Assembly (NCBI GenBank): GCA_030390025.1
Contig: CM059433.1
Span: 21,888,001 to 21,952,000 of the forward strand
Direction of reading: 5' to 3'
Source of the DNA: Squalus acanthias
Lineage: Eukaryota
DNA: 64,000 nucleotides
Shown: in pieces, positions 25,900 through 38,099 of the stretch
Position numbering within the stretch: the first letter of the stretch is position 1
Layout of the letters: every line of letters starts with the position of its first letter
Position numbers and translations under genes: made by a program
Notes under the pieces: generated by a model
What the model was told of the DNA's origin: nothing
The model's database searches: none
What the model saw: only the letters and a program-made list of their open reading frames with translations

Positions 25900-26968
25900 G
25901 AGTACACCTGGTTCAGTCCTTCGGCTCCTTCTCCTTGTTCTGCTTCTGCTTGCTGAGGCAGCTGCACAGCCAGTAATGCTGAGAATGAGGTGCTGCAGCA
26001 TCAATGAACCTCCCCTTTAAGTAGTGAAAAAAGCCTGCGGCAATGATGAGTTGTGATTAGACTGCACCCGATATTGGTTCACCCTTTAAGTCTAACGACA
26101 ATGAGCTTGGGTTTTAGGACTTGATTTAGGACTCCAATCTTTTTATTGAGCAATAAGCACAAATTTCTCGTGCAGGCTAAAGCATTTGCGCCTGGTGCTA
26201 ATTCTTCAACTTTTCTACTGACCCCGCCCTATCCTTGGCTATAACAAATTTCTAGCCCTGCGTGTCTCAATGAGGATTCTTTACTCTGATTGGTTGAAGA
26301 ACCATGCTGTTGCTTGTCCTGCTCACACTGGCCACAGATCTCCTGTAGGGGGCGCCGCACTGGAAAGGATCTCTAATTACCGTACGTTGCCACGCAAAAA
26401 CCCACGAAAAGTCTGTGGGCAGCTGTCAGCGAGCTGAATGGCAAGTGCTGTTTCTTCATCGCTGACTGCAAAATCCAGGCCATTATTACCATTAGAGTCG
26501 TTAAAAGGTCATCTGAAGAATTGGCTTATCATCTGCAATGTTGAGAGACACCAAGTCAAGAACAACCATGAAATCTTGACCATGATGTTACCACATGTCT
26601 CCCCTCTCTAAAGATACCAGGTTCTCTGCAGTTATAAACATCCAGCTCCTCATCATGTAATCATGTCTGAACAGTGTTGAAGAAAATGGATAGTGAAATT
26701 GGGAGAAAAAGTAGAGAATTTTAATAAAGCTCTGTCTTACTTCTCAAGATCAGGAACATTGTTCACTGATACCCTATCTTAACCCTGTTTGTCAGCTTGC
26801 AATAACAAATGTTTGCTTCCTGCACTCACCAGAGTTGAAAGGCAGACAGACCAATAGACTGGATGAGGATGGCTGCAACCTAGTCAACATGTGGCTGGGC
26901 TGTCAGTCCACGACAAGCCATGACCAACATGGCATCACAAGAGAAATTCTTAGAAAATGCAAACTCCA

Positions 26969-27158
26969 TGGCTCTGATTTTTCAGAAGGTTCTCCAGATC
27001 GTCTACCAGACCTTCAGTGGGAGATCAGTGGAACCCCCCCTAAGAAACAGTATAAACGGCTGAAAACGGCTGTTGGCATTGTTTCTCCTGGCGTTCTGCC
27101 GATGTCCCACCAAAGTTATTGCAGGAGATTGGGAGAATCCCCATAAAAAATCAGGACC
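26969..27158. mobile_element. Small palindromic MITE
   Basis: Ends GGCTCTGATTTTT / AAAAATCAGGACC with internal inverted arms (ttctcc/ggagaa, aaacag/ctgtt). Confidence 0.55.
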
Positions 27159-27291
27159 AATGTCTATGTCGGCAACAGAAGCGCAGTTGCATCTTTATTT
27201 TCGACAGAAATCGATAAAGGGTCTGTAATGAAAATGAGCAGCAAAGTTTTACAAACCAGTTCCCCTACCTGTTGCAGAGCTCACGTGCATG

Positions 27292-27490
27292 GTCTCTCTC
27301 TATTCTCTTTCTCCCCTCCCATCTCTCTCTCCTTCCCACCTCACTCTCTTCCTCCCTTCTCTCAGTCTCCCTTCCTTCTCGTGGTCTCCCTTTCTCCCCC
27401 TTTTCTCTCCCTCTCTTTTCTCACTCCATCTGTCTCTGACTCTCCATTCTCTCTCCCTTCTCTCTCTCCCCCTCCCTAATCTCTCTCTCT
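27292..27490. repeat. CT-rich low-complexity tract
   Basis: Nearly pure C/T on the + strand for about 200 bp. Confidence 0.85.
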
Positions 27491-28193
27491 GACTGTTGCC
27501 TGAAACTCTGAGAAGAAGTTCAATCACAATCTACCAAACACTGGCTGAAATCAGAGTAATTGGAAAATGCACTGGCCTACAGGGATGTTGGAAGGTCAAC
27601 TGATGGAATCCCAGCACAAATTCTCAAGACCATTTTGTATTTTCAGCAGCCGCCAAGCTGAATTTTATAAGATATTTGCCCTTGTTACATTTATCTCTGG
27701 CTGTGTTTGTCTGCTTTGCTACATATAAACCAAAAATGTATGTTTAAAAGATATTAGGTGTTTAGGTCAGATTAATATTTTAAACCAGAAACAGCAATGA
27801 ACATCTTCTTTATTATGTTAAAAGTAGCCAGTTCATTTCCCGTGGCTTCGCTCACAGATGGAAAGAACAGAAGCAGCTTAGGATATAGCTATGTAGCAGC
27901 CAAGACAACACGAAAAATGTTTATTAACCATATAAGTTTCAAACCTGGTAAGGCTTGTAGCCAAGTTAAATTTGCCAGCTGGCACAATACAAAACAGGCA
28001 ATTTCTAGGAAAATTGGATCATGTATGTAGCTCAACACAGAGCAAATGTATCTCACCACCCACAGCAGCACAAAGAAAGTCCTGCCCCAGTTTGCTTGTT
28101 AATCAACAATTCACTCTCCAAGATCAGGCATCTGTTGCCTGTCCCAAGTTTTAAAATATGATTTTACAAGCAGCAGGGATTTTGGAACGCAAT

Positions 28194-28885
28194 GGGCTGG
28201 ATTTTGATACTGGGGCGGGTTGGAGTCGTGTCATCCACTTTTCGTGTTATCCACCCGACTGCAATTGGATGTGGGAGATTGATGCAATTTTCACCTAATT
28301 GGGCAATTGAGTTCCAGCATGTGGGAACCCATGAACCAATTAGTGTTTTCAGTCTGAAAGTCACCTTTGATGATGTCATCATTGCTGCTGCATTGAAGGT
28401 CTTCAAAGACTGCCTGGCCTTTGCTGTGAGAGGACCTGCAAAATGAGCAGCAGCAGTCCTAAGTCTGCTCCCAGATATTTTTACACCACCACTCCCAGAT
28501 ATGTCTCCTCTCCATCCATCCATATATACATCCATCCACATATGCATCCCCATAGCCAGCCAGCGTCAACTATCCATATCCAAATGTGCTCCCGCCTGGT
28601 TTCACAATCGTGGTTCAGAACAGGCGTGCTTCACGTAAAGCAAGGGTGAAAATCACAAAGGCCTTTCAAAATGGCATTATAGAGGCAATTTAGTGCTTGT
28701 TAAGGGCCTTAATAGCCTATCCCGCCTCTTAGAGGCGGGATGGAGTCGGGAGCAGCAGACACGATTTAATGAAAATTGCGTGGAGGCGGGATGGAGGCGG
28801 ACTTGTGCCCGCCCGCCAGTTTTCGCAATTTTAACCCCCCACACGCCTCCAAACCCGCCTCCACGGGTCAATTAAAATCCAGCCC
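28194..28885. mobile_element. Harbinger-type MITE, 692 bp
   Basis: TIR GGGCTGGATTTT / AAAATCCAGCCC and perfect TSD AAT. Confidence 0.85.
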
Positions 28886-30025
28886 AATGATTGTGAACTC
28901 TCATTTTGCAAAAGTCCCATTTTCTCTCCAACAACAATTCCTTTTGCAGCAGTCAGATTCAGCACCCTTTGGGATTTTGGTAGCTCTCATGTTTGCTTCC
29001 CTGTTGACTCTAACCCAGTGAAATTCCAACTACTGAGCACACAAGAACTCAGAGGATTGTTGTTAAAGATCGTCACAATCCAGCAATTTCCTATTGTTCC
29101 CATCATCTTTCAAGCTGCATGCATCCAGCTTGTGCGCACAACCATACACATATCAGAAATGTGCATGCACAGAGCACCTAGACCACTCTCTTTAGCTTAT
29201 GAGTGGCCTGATTAGCTGTCAATCATCGCTCACTTCCACCTAACTTCAGCAGAGGTGAGTGTTGATTGATATTAAGTCATACCAGTCAGAAACTAAAGAA
29301 GATGTGGGCAGGACGAAAGGTGTTTGAGGGACAAGTCTGTGCTCACCGCTCCCTATGCTCACCAGATATGGCTTTGCAATACAGAAATGAACTAGGAGCC
29401 ATCATTTGTGGGATTCCTTGCTAAAAAGTACATTCACGCATGGAGAATAGGGCTCCAGACTATGTATGCATGATTGACCTTCTCTGTAAGTGAAAGGCAG
29501 GAGCAAGACATCCCAGGTAAAGAAATGTAGCTGCAGGCAAGAAGTTATTAAATCCCAAGGCCCTGAGCTGTATGGAAAGAAATGTTATTGTATGGAACAT
29601 CATACAGGCGAGTATGTGGTTAACTGTCATGGTTTTCAGCAAAATTATTTAATCGATTTGTTAACTTATGAATGTTATTTATATGGCTATATATTCAAAA
29701 TAAAAATGACAGCTGGAGCCAATTTTGGAAAATAAATTTAGTACCTGTGATTAGTAAAAATAGCAGACTTTCATGCAGTTGCTTTTATGTGGATCTCTGA
29801 GGTTTTTGCTGATTTATATTTCAGCAAATCAGTGCAGTAAAATTGCTTATTTGAGACAATGGAAAAAACCATGATACTTGATTTTTTTTCTGATACAGAT
29901 AGATTTAATGTGCTACGCATGGATTTAATGTGTGGTGCTATGCATATGTAAATGATATGTTACAATAAATTAATATTACATCACTAAACTTCTGCAAATA
30001 TTGCTCAATAGATAGCTTACATGTA

Positions 30026-30345
30026 GCAGCTTCTTCGCTAGCACCTCCCAAACCCGCGACCTCTACCATCTAGAAGGACAAGGGCAGCAGGCGCATGGGA
30101 ACACCATCACCTCCAAGTGCCCCTCCAAGTCACACACCATCCTGACTTGGAAATATATTGGCGTTCCTTCATTGTCGCTGGGTCAAAATCCTAGAACTCC
30201 CTCCCTAACAGCACTGTGGGAGTACCTTCACCACACGGACTGCAGCGGTTCAAAAGGGCGGCTCACCACCACCTTCTCAAGGGCAATTAGGGATGGGCAA
30301 TAAATGCTGGCCTTGCCAGCGACGCCCACATCCCATGAATGAATA
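30026..30345 (+). mobile_element. 3' end of the LINE family at 35990-37612
   Basis: Nearly collinear with about 37290-37605 (gcttcttcg..agcacctcc…agggcaattagggatggg). Confidence 0.85.
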
Positions 30346-30491
30346 CCAAAAAAACCTAACAAAAAATACCTTCCTGTGCTTTAAACTGATCTCCTTAAGC
30401 CTGCTGCTTTAAGCTTTATAATCAGTAGTAAAAGTTGATCATTTATTCCTGAACTAATTTTCAGACACACTTGTCTTCTTTCATTATACAG

Positions 30492-30637
30492 GGATGGACC
30501 TGACCAGACTGCTCCACAGTTAGGAGTTTTCAGTGGTAATACAGCTCTGGAATCAGCTTACAGCTCCACCAATCAGGTTCTTATCAAGTTTCACAGTGAC
30601 TTCTCCGGAGGGGGATTCTTTGTCCTCAATTTTCACG
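30492..30637 (+). CDS. CSMD1: CSMD1 coding exon (CUB domain, C-terminal half), phase 2-1
   Basis: Acceptor cttctttcattatacag| and donor |gtcagt. Translates (W)DGPDQTAPQLGVFSGNTALESAYSSTNQVLIKFHSDFSGGGFFVLNFH(A). The split Trp codon TG|G joins the previous exon. Not in the ORF track. Confidence 0.95.
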
Positions 30638-31607
30638 GTCAGTTTGTTTCAGCAATGCATGCTAATGAATTAAAAAAGACTTTTGAACATTTGCACATTG
30701 AACTATTTAGAAGGTCCTTTTTATAAAGTGCTAGTTACACTAAGGAATAACACTGATGAAATGCTCCAACTACCTTTAACCCACATTATTTTTTCCCCTT
30801 TAAATAGAAGTCAAATCATGCACATATTATTTTATATATATATATTTGTAATGGAAAGAAAGTACATTAAGATAGATAATTCATATTCTTATCTCCATTT
30901 GCCCAAAGGTAAAATATAATGATGCAGGGCTTGAAATACTAGGGTTTAATCTCCGTTTGAATGGGTCTGTTCTGATAAGAGCAAAGAGCAGCTCAATTTT
31001 CTAAATGAGCCTACAGAAAACTGGTTATGTAAACCTGCCGTCATCAAATTGAAGTTAACAGGGGCTTTTGCTTCCCACTTGTTAAGTTGGTAGACTGTAT
31101 ACATCGTAAAGGATGCTGAAGGAGTCGTTTGTCTCAACTTGCAATTGGCGGTAATAATTGTCAGATTCCACTGCTAGCCATCTGCAGATTTGAAACGTTT
31201 ATTGTATTTTAACCTGCCTATCATTTTTTTCCTTACTGTAAGGTTGTACAAATATTGTCCTCCACACTCTGGCTCTCTACAAGCTCCCATAAGTGGGGAG
31301 GCTCTCCGAACATATTTCTCCACTCCTGGTCAGGGCACAAGAGAAAGCTTGTCACCTGATAAGACAGTGCTTTTCTCAACCCTAATCTCCAGCCTCTCTT
31401 TATTGCACCCCTTTTTGCCTTTATTTTATCAGTACAGCTACAGTCATTGTTCCTCTGAACTTTCCTCTCTTATTTATCCTGAGCTCTAAAATTGTAATAA
31501 ATTAAAAGAAATAGAAAACTGTAATTCTGACAGATGGTTGCACTTGAAACATTACCTCACCTTTCATCTGTATAGATGCTGAATGAGCGGCTGTGTATTT
31601 CCAGCTG

Positions 31608-32355
31608 TGGGAGAAATTCGGTATCGCCCCGTTTGGAGCACTAACTTTTAAAAGTTGAAAAAATTTGCGGCAGGCGTGAATGTTTTTCAACTTTTAAAAG
31701 ATTTGGTTTTGTGCTCCAGAAAGGAAGTGGAGCGCTAAATCAAGCGTTCCACTTCCTTCCTGGAGCGCAGCAGGCGGGGCGGTAGGTGAGCAGCGCTGCA
31801 CACTGGGCCGTGCAGCACTGCCATGTTGGAAGGCCCCTCCCCTCTCTTAAAGGGAAGGGCCATCGCTGCAGGCTCTGCAAGGAAAAAACTTATCTGGTCC
31901 CTGACGGCAGCCGCAATCCGGCCCGATCAGCCCGATGCACTGCAGCAGAGTGCCGGGCTGATTGATCACTGGCGAAGAGAAATGAAAAATAAACAAAAAC
32001 AGCATTTCACAATTTTTTTCCCTACCTCGGCCACCTCGCCTTTAAGTATTGCCCCCGAAGCGCCCGGCCTCCCGATGAACGCCTCCTGCAGCTGCCGGTG
32101 TTGTTGCCCAGCGATGCTGCAGGGGGCGGAACCGAAGTTCGGGTCCGGGGCGCTACCGGGGTGATGCGCACGGCAATGACGTCACGATCTGCAGGCGAAG
32201 GAGATCGGGTCGCAATGCCATACCGCCACTGCAAACCTCCCGCTGACTATAGCAGGAATCGATCTTCTCACCGCGCCCGGTCAGTAAGTGCTTAGCGCCC
32301 CATTATCGCCCCCGAGGCGCTAACGGGAGGCGCTAAGATGCCCACTGTCTCCCCC
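31608..32355. mobile_element. GC-rich Harbinger-type MITE
   Basis: Ends GGGAGAAATT… / …TCTCCCCC. Shares ccctcccctctcttaaagggaagggcc, TGACGTCA and ggcgctaa motifs with the 6838-8590 family. Confidence 0.6.
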
Positions 32356-32394
32356 AAAACCTCTATGGTGTTGCAATTTACATATTACATAGGA

Positions 32395-33685
32395 ATCCAT
32401 AGGATATACAGCACAGAAACAGGCTATTCGGCCCAACCAGTCCATGCCGGCGTTTGTACTCCACTCGAGCCTCCTCCCGTCTTTCCTCATCTAACCCTCT
32501 CAGCATAACCCTCTATTCCCTTCTCCCTGATATGCTTATCTAGCCTCCCCTTAAATGCATCTATACTATTCACTTCAACCACTCCCTGTGGTAGCAAGTT
32601 CCACATTCTCATCACTCTCTAGGTATAAGAAGTTTCTTCTGAATTCCCTATTTGATTTCTTGGTGACTATCTTATATTGATGGCCTCTAGTTTTGCTCTT
32701 CCCCACAAGTGGAAACACTCTCTCTGGGCTGGATTTTGACAATGGGGAGCTTTAGGAGGCGGGACTCCCACTTGTCGGGTTTTAGTCCCGCCTCCATCGA
32801 CTGCTGGCCAACCCACGCTATTTTCCCTTGATTGACCTTATTAAGCCTGCCCAGCGGGTTTAGCAGGCCAATTAAGGGGAAGCCGGTGACAGAGAATGTC
32901 AGCGTATGATGTTTCATCTGTCAAAACTTTTTGACAGATGAATTGTCATCGTTTGACAGCTTTGAGAAGCTGTCATACACTGAAATTCTCTGTTATTTGA
33001 TGAGTCTTTGTATTCAAGACTCATCAAACCTATCTGCTGAGCAGAAATCAGATGGCTGCTGCATCGGAGAATGCACCAGCCATCTGTCATCTCTGCCGGT
33101 GAGATGCCGGTTCCCCAACTGTTGAAGCCTGCAGGAAGAAACAAAGGTAAGTAAACATTTTCTATCACTTTTCACTCACCTCACACACTCACCTCTCCAC
33201 ACTTGCACCCATCACTTATCTCCACATCGGACTTTTGGACCCCTCCGACCCCCGCAGACCCACTGCTCGCCTCGCTGACCCTGGCGGGGTTTCCCGACGT
33301 CGGGAAGCCCGCACTTGCAGGGGCAAAATGGGGATAATCCTCTTAACTGCCTGTTAACTACCTGTTAACAGGCAGTAAAGTGGCTGGGAACCCCTTCCCG
33401 CCTTGGGGAGGCGGCTCCCAGCGCGGGTCGGGTACCCGCCTCCTGGGAAGATGGCACGGAGGCGGGTTGGGGGCGGGATGGGCACCCGCCCCCAGATTCT
33501 GACATTTTCCCGGCAGTCCCGCCTCCAAACCCGCCTCCCCAGGGCTGGCAAAAGTCCCCCCTCTGTGTCTATCAAAACTTTACATAATTTTAAAGACCTC
33601 GATTCGGTCACCCTCAGTTTTCTCTTTTCAAGAGAAAAGAGACCCAGCCTGTTCATCCTATCCTGATAGGTATATCCTCGCAGAC
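32395..33685 (-). mobile_element. CR1 3' part interrupted by a MITE
   Basis: Minus-strand YTYQDRMNRLGLFSLEKRKLR. Host ggaaacactctct|…|tctgtgtctatc is continuous across the insert. Confidence 0.75.
32726..33561. mobile_element. Harbinger-type MITE, 836 bp, sister of 12780-13614 in opposite orientation
   Basis: Left end GGGCTGGATTTTGACAATGGG, TSD TCT/TCT, collinear with the reverse complement of 12780-13614. Confidence 0.88.
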
Positions 33686-35989
33686 TTACCACACTGTCTC
33701 CTACTCCCAACTCATTTTTTCTCAGGACCTCAAAATAATGCAACCCCTCCCTTCCCTTTCCCTTGTAGTCCATAGGCTTTGAACATCCAAGCTTGGTGTC
33801 AGCTAATTCCAACTATTTGATTTACTTTTACTTTTCTAGCTTTTCCACCTTGGTCCCCAACACTGACTTATTCATGTAAAAAAATATCCATGTTGGGACT
33901 GTCACTTACAGTGTGTGTAGGCCTTTGTTCTCTTGAGCAGTTTGATCCTTTCTACCAGCATGTACATGGACAGTACAGCAACCTGACTATTGCATCTGTC
34001 ACTGTACCTGGAGACAGGGTGGCGTTGGGCAGAATAGGCTGTGAAGAGGGGAAAAACAACCTAGTTTTATATATTTTTAAACATTTTTAATTAACTAAAA
34101 TATGCTTCTCCTTTAGCTGCTGATAATCAGCACGGGCTTGACAGGCCGAATGGCCTCCTTCTGTGCTGTAACCATTCTATGATTCTAATCCAATGACAGA
34201 CTCCTGATATTATTGAGTGTGGATGCCCGGGGCCTGTAACACTCCTGAGGAGCCAAATGAATACCAATGCAGCTGGCACTCATGATGTCCGTTGGGAGCC
34301 TGTGCATAAATTGTGCTCAAGGCTCATTAAAGCCTCCTCCCTGGTCAAAATAAAATGAGAGGGCCCTCCTCATAATTCAACTGAAGTGCTTGAGCATTGC
34401 TGCAGCTGTCCTTAAGCTACCTCTGCTTCCCCTTCCCAGTCTCCTGTGCCGCCTTTGTCCACTGTCCCATGTCCCTTCCGCTTCTCCCCCCCTGCAAACT
34501 GGGAAATTCTGTCAGCATTGAGCAGGCAACCAGCTACCCTCGAATGATTTGTGGTGCCTGAAATCCCAGATCCTTTACACCGTTGCCCGCCCCCCTCCCC
34601 CTTCCCGTGCATCCTGTATGTCATGAGCAACACACCTGGGGTGCCAGTAAAATAGTCAAATGAGCTAACCTTGTATTACTGGAAAAGGTCAGGTCTTTCT
34701 AACACTGATATCCCGAGCACCAGTGACATTTTGTAAAGGTTGGATTATCAGCCCCTTACAATTAAGGTTCGTTATAGTTGTACAAATTTTCCAAAATCAT
34801 TCTTCCTATGGCTCAGTTGGGTTTATCCATTGAGTAGCTGACCTATATAAACCAGGAAACTTTCATGTTTAGTTCCTGGTATACATTGGATAAGCTGATA
34901 TCAGCCGAGACGACAGTCAGAATGCGAGCTCAGCTGAAATCAGCTAATTCAACATATGGAGTGCAAATTTGGGCAGGGTTCCTGGTCCTAATCAGTTTCC
35001 GCTGAGCAAATATGGACATCGGCTAAGGGCAGGGTTGGCTTCACAGTAGAACAGTCTGCCAGCACTTACTGCTAAGGCTCTCCCATGAATAATGGCCATG
35101 GTGAGGTACCATATGGTGCTTGGTGCACATGGAATCAGACCTCAGAAAAGAATCAGTGCTTTGAGGAAGAGGAAAGGCCAGAAACCTTTTAGAACAATAA
35201 AATACTTTTTGAAAGTGTCTGCAGCAATGAAAAGTGATGCTAATTATTCCTTGGTGCAGTTTTCATAACCTCTTTTCCCCTCCAAAAATCTAAATCTAAA
35301 CAAAGTGTGTTTCTTACCATTTTGGACTGACTGTTGTGACTGCATTTAATAATGTACAAGTCGAACTGATTTAATAAATATTAGCATCTGTATGTTGTAA
35401 AACAAATTCATGTGCAGCAAATTGAAAGCATATTGTCAATTGAAAACATTAACTAGGTAGAGTAGATTTCATTTGATAACAGGCATTTTGTTAAATCCTG
35501 TTGTATTAAAAGAAAAAAAAATCTCACAAACTGCATGGATAAAAGCTGTTCACTTGAACTACTTCTCCCTGGTGCTGAAAATCATCTGTTTTTGACCACT
35601 TTATGAAAATGGAGCCACACTAATTATCTGCTGTACAGAACTGAAGCTTCAAGAGAAGCCTTTTATTCTGTAAAGATTTTTGTGGATTTGGCAGCAACTT
35701 CTTTTCATACTTAATGAATATAACTTAAAATGCACGCTAGCTCCATATATGACACTAAAGAAATAGTATTTGAACCTAATAGGCCATCATTTTAACAGCT
35801 CATTATCATGGACAAGTTCTTCATGATGATAGCCAATGGTGTTGGAGAGCAGTGGAAAGCAGCTCTGATATGACATACTGGGGAATATGAAAATATCCTC
35901 TGTGCTTTTACTAAACCTCATTAAAATGACATTTAAAAACATTCAAAACACTTTTTCCTCCTCCAATTTTACACCGAATCATGCTGGGG

Positions 35990-37612
35990 TGTGAGATCCC
36001 CACCATCACACAAGCCAGTCCTCAGCTAATTCGATTCACTCCACATGATATCAAGAAACGCTGAGGGCACTGGATACAGCAAAGGCTATGGGCCCCGACT
36101 CTAGTGCTGAAGACTTGTGCTCCAGAACTAGCCGCGCCTCTAGCCAAGCTGTTCCAGTACAGCTACAACACTGGCATCTACCCGACAAAGTGGAAAATTC
36201 CCCAAGTATGTCCTGTCCTCAAAAAGCAAGATAAATCCAATCCGGCCAATTACCGCCCCATCAGCCTACTCTCAATCAGCAGCAAAGTGATGGAAGGGGT
36301 CATCGACAGTGCTATCAAGTGGCACTTACTGACCAATAACCTGCTCACTGATGCTCAGTTTGGATTCTGCCAAAACCACTCGGCTCCCGACCTCATTACA
36401 GCTTGGTCCAAACATAGACAAAGAGTTGAATTCCAGAGGTGAGGCGAGAGTGACTGCCCTTGACATCAAGGCAGCATTTGACCGAGTGTGGCATCAAGGA
36501 GCCCCAGTAAAATTGAAGACAATGGGAATCGGGGGAAAACTCTCCACTGGCTGGAGTCATACCTAGCACAAAGGAAGATGGTTGTGGTTGTTGGAAGCCA
36601 ATCATCTCAGCCCCAGGACCTCACTGCAGGAGTTCCTCAGGGCAGTGTCCTAGGCACAACCATATTCAGCTGCTTCATCAATGACCTTCCCCCCATCATA
36701 AGGTCAGAAGTGGGGATGTTTGCTGATGCTTGCACAGTGTTCAGTTCCATTCACAACTCCTCAGATAATGAAGCAGTCCATGCCTGCATGCAACAAGACC
36801 TGGACAACATTCAGGCTTAGGCTGATAAGTGGCAAGTAACATTCGCTCCACACAAGTGCCAGGCAATGACTATCTCCAACAAGAGAGAGTCGAACAACCT
36901 CCCCTTGACATTCAACACCGTTACCATAGTCGAATCCCCACCATCAACATTTGGCGGGGTCACCATTGACCAGCAACTTAACTGGACCAGCCACAAAAAT
37001 ACTGTGGCTACAAAAGCAGGTCAGAGGCTAGGTATTCTATGGTGAGTGACTCACCTCCTGACTCCCTGAAGCCTTTCCACTATTTACAAGGCACAAGTCA
37101 GGAGTGTGCTGGAATACTCTCCACTTTCAGCTCCAACAACACTTTCAAGAAACTCGACACCATCCAGGAAAATTCAGCTCGCTTGATTGGCACCCCATCC
37201 ACCACCTTAAACATTCACTCCCTCCACCACCAGTGCACCATGGCTGCAGTGTGTACCATCTACAAGATGCACTGCAGCAACTCACCAAGGCTTCTTCGAC
37301 AGCACCTCCTAAACCCACTACCTTTACCAACTAGAAGGACAAGGGCAGCAGGCGCATGGGAACATCACCACATCCAAGTTTCCCTCCAAGTCATTTACCA
37401 TCCTGACTTGGAAATGTATTGCCGTTCCTTCATCGTCGCTGGGCCAAAATCCTGGAACTCCCAACCTAACAGCACTGTGGGAGTACCTTTACCACATGGA
37501 CTGCAGCGGTTCAAGAAGGCGGCTCACCATCACCTTCTCAAGGGCAATTAGGGATGGGTAATAATTGCTGGCCTTGTCAGCGATGCAAACATCCTGAGAA
37601 TGAATAAAAAAA
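35990..37612 (+). mobile_element. 5'-truncated non-LTR LINE (CR1/L2-group RT), decayed
   Basis: RT motifs across frameshifts: [45 protein letters not shown] (second Asp lost). 3' end gaatgaataaaaaaaa. Confidence 0.9.
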
Positions 37613-38099
37613 ATCTTGCATACCCCCCCTCCCACCACCCCCACACCCATACAAGCTAGACATGAAACTAATCTGAAACAATCTCCTTCATTCTAAGATA
37701 GAAAGGGAATGTGTAAGTATCTCCTTTGCACACTGGACTCAAATAACATACAAGTGTATTCCCCCAGTCTGGATTCAAATGTAAGCATTTTTACTGCATT
37801 ACAGTGCCAAGCAATACATCTATATCCTTTCAGTAGATTGTAGGGAAGTGATGCATCTCTTTCCCCTACTACACTCAGATGATTTAGAAATATTCCCCCA
37901 CGAGACAAAGGGAATATGCAAGTATCTCCGCCCTCCAAATGAGAGCCCTGGGAAATACAGATAGATCCTCTCAATAGACTGCCTGACAAAGTGAAGCTAC
38001 TCCATTCTAAAATCCTCCCAATCCTCAGGCTTACTACTCTTTTTGGCAGCATTATGAGCCTCTTCCTTTGATCTAATACTATCTTTAACTTCTCTTGTT

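Larger units (their letters stand above)
23598..26258. mobile_element. PIF/Harbinger transposon with a full-length but dead transposase and a partial Myb/SANT gene
   Basis: Ends GGGGGGAAAATTTGTT / AACAAATTTCTAGCCC (12/16 match), flanks TGT/TGC, and the convergent two-gene layout typical of Harbingers. Confidence 0.88.
23092..26481. mobile_element. Harbinger-type MITE hosting a nested Harbinger
   Basis: TIRs GGCTCGGATTTTGC / GCAAAATCCAGGCC, flanks AAT/ATT. The host sequence resumes after 26258. Confidence 0.75.
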
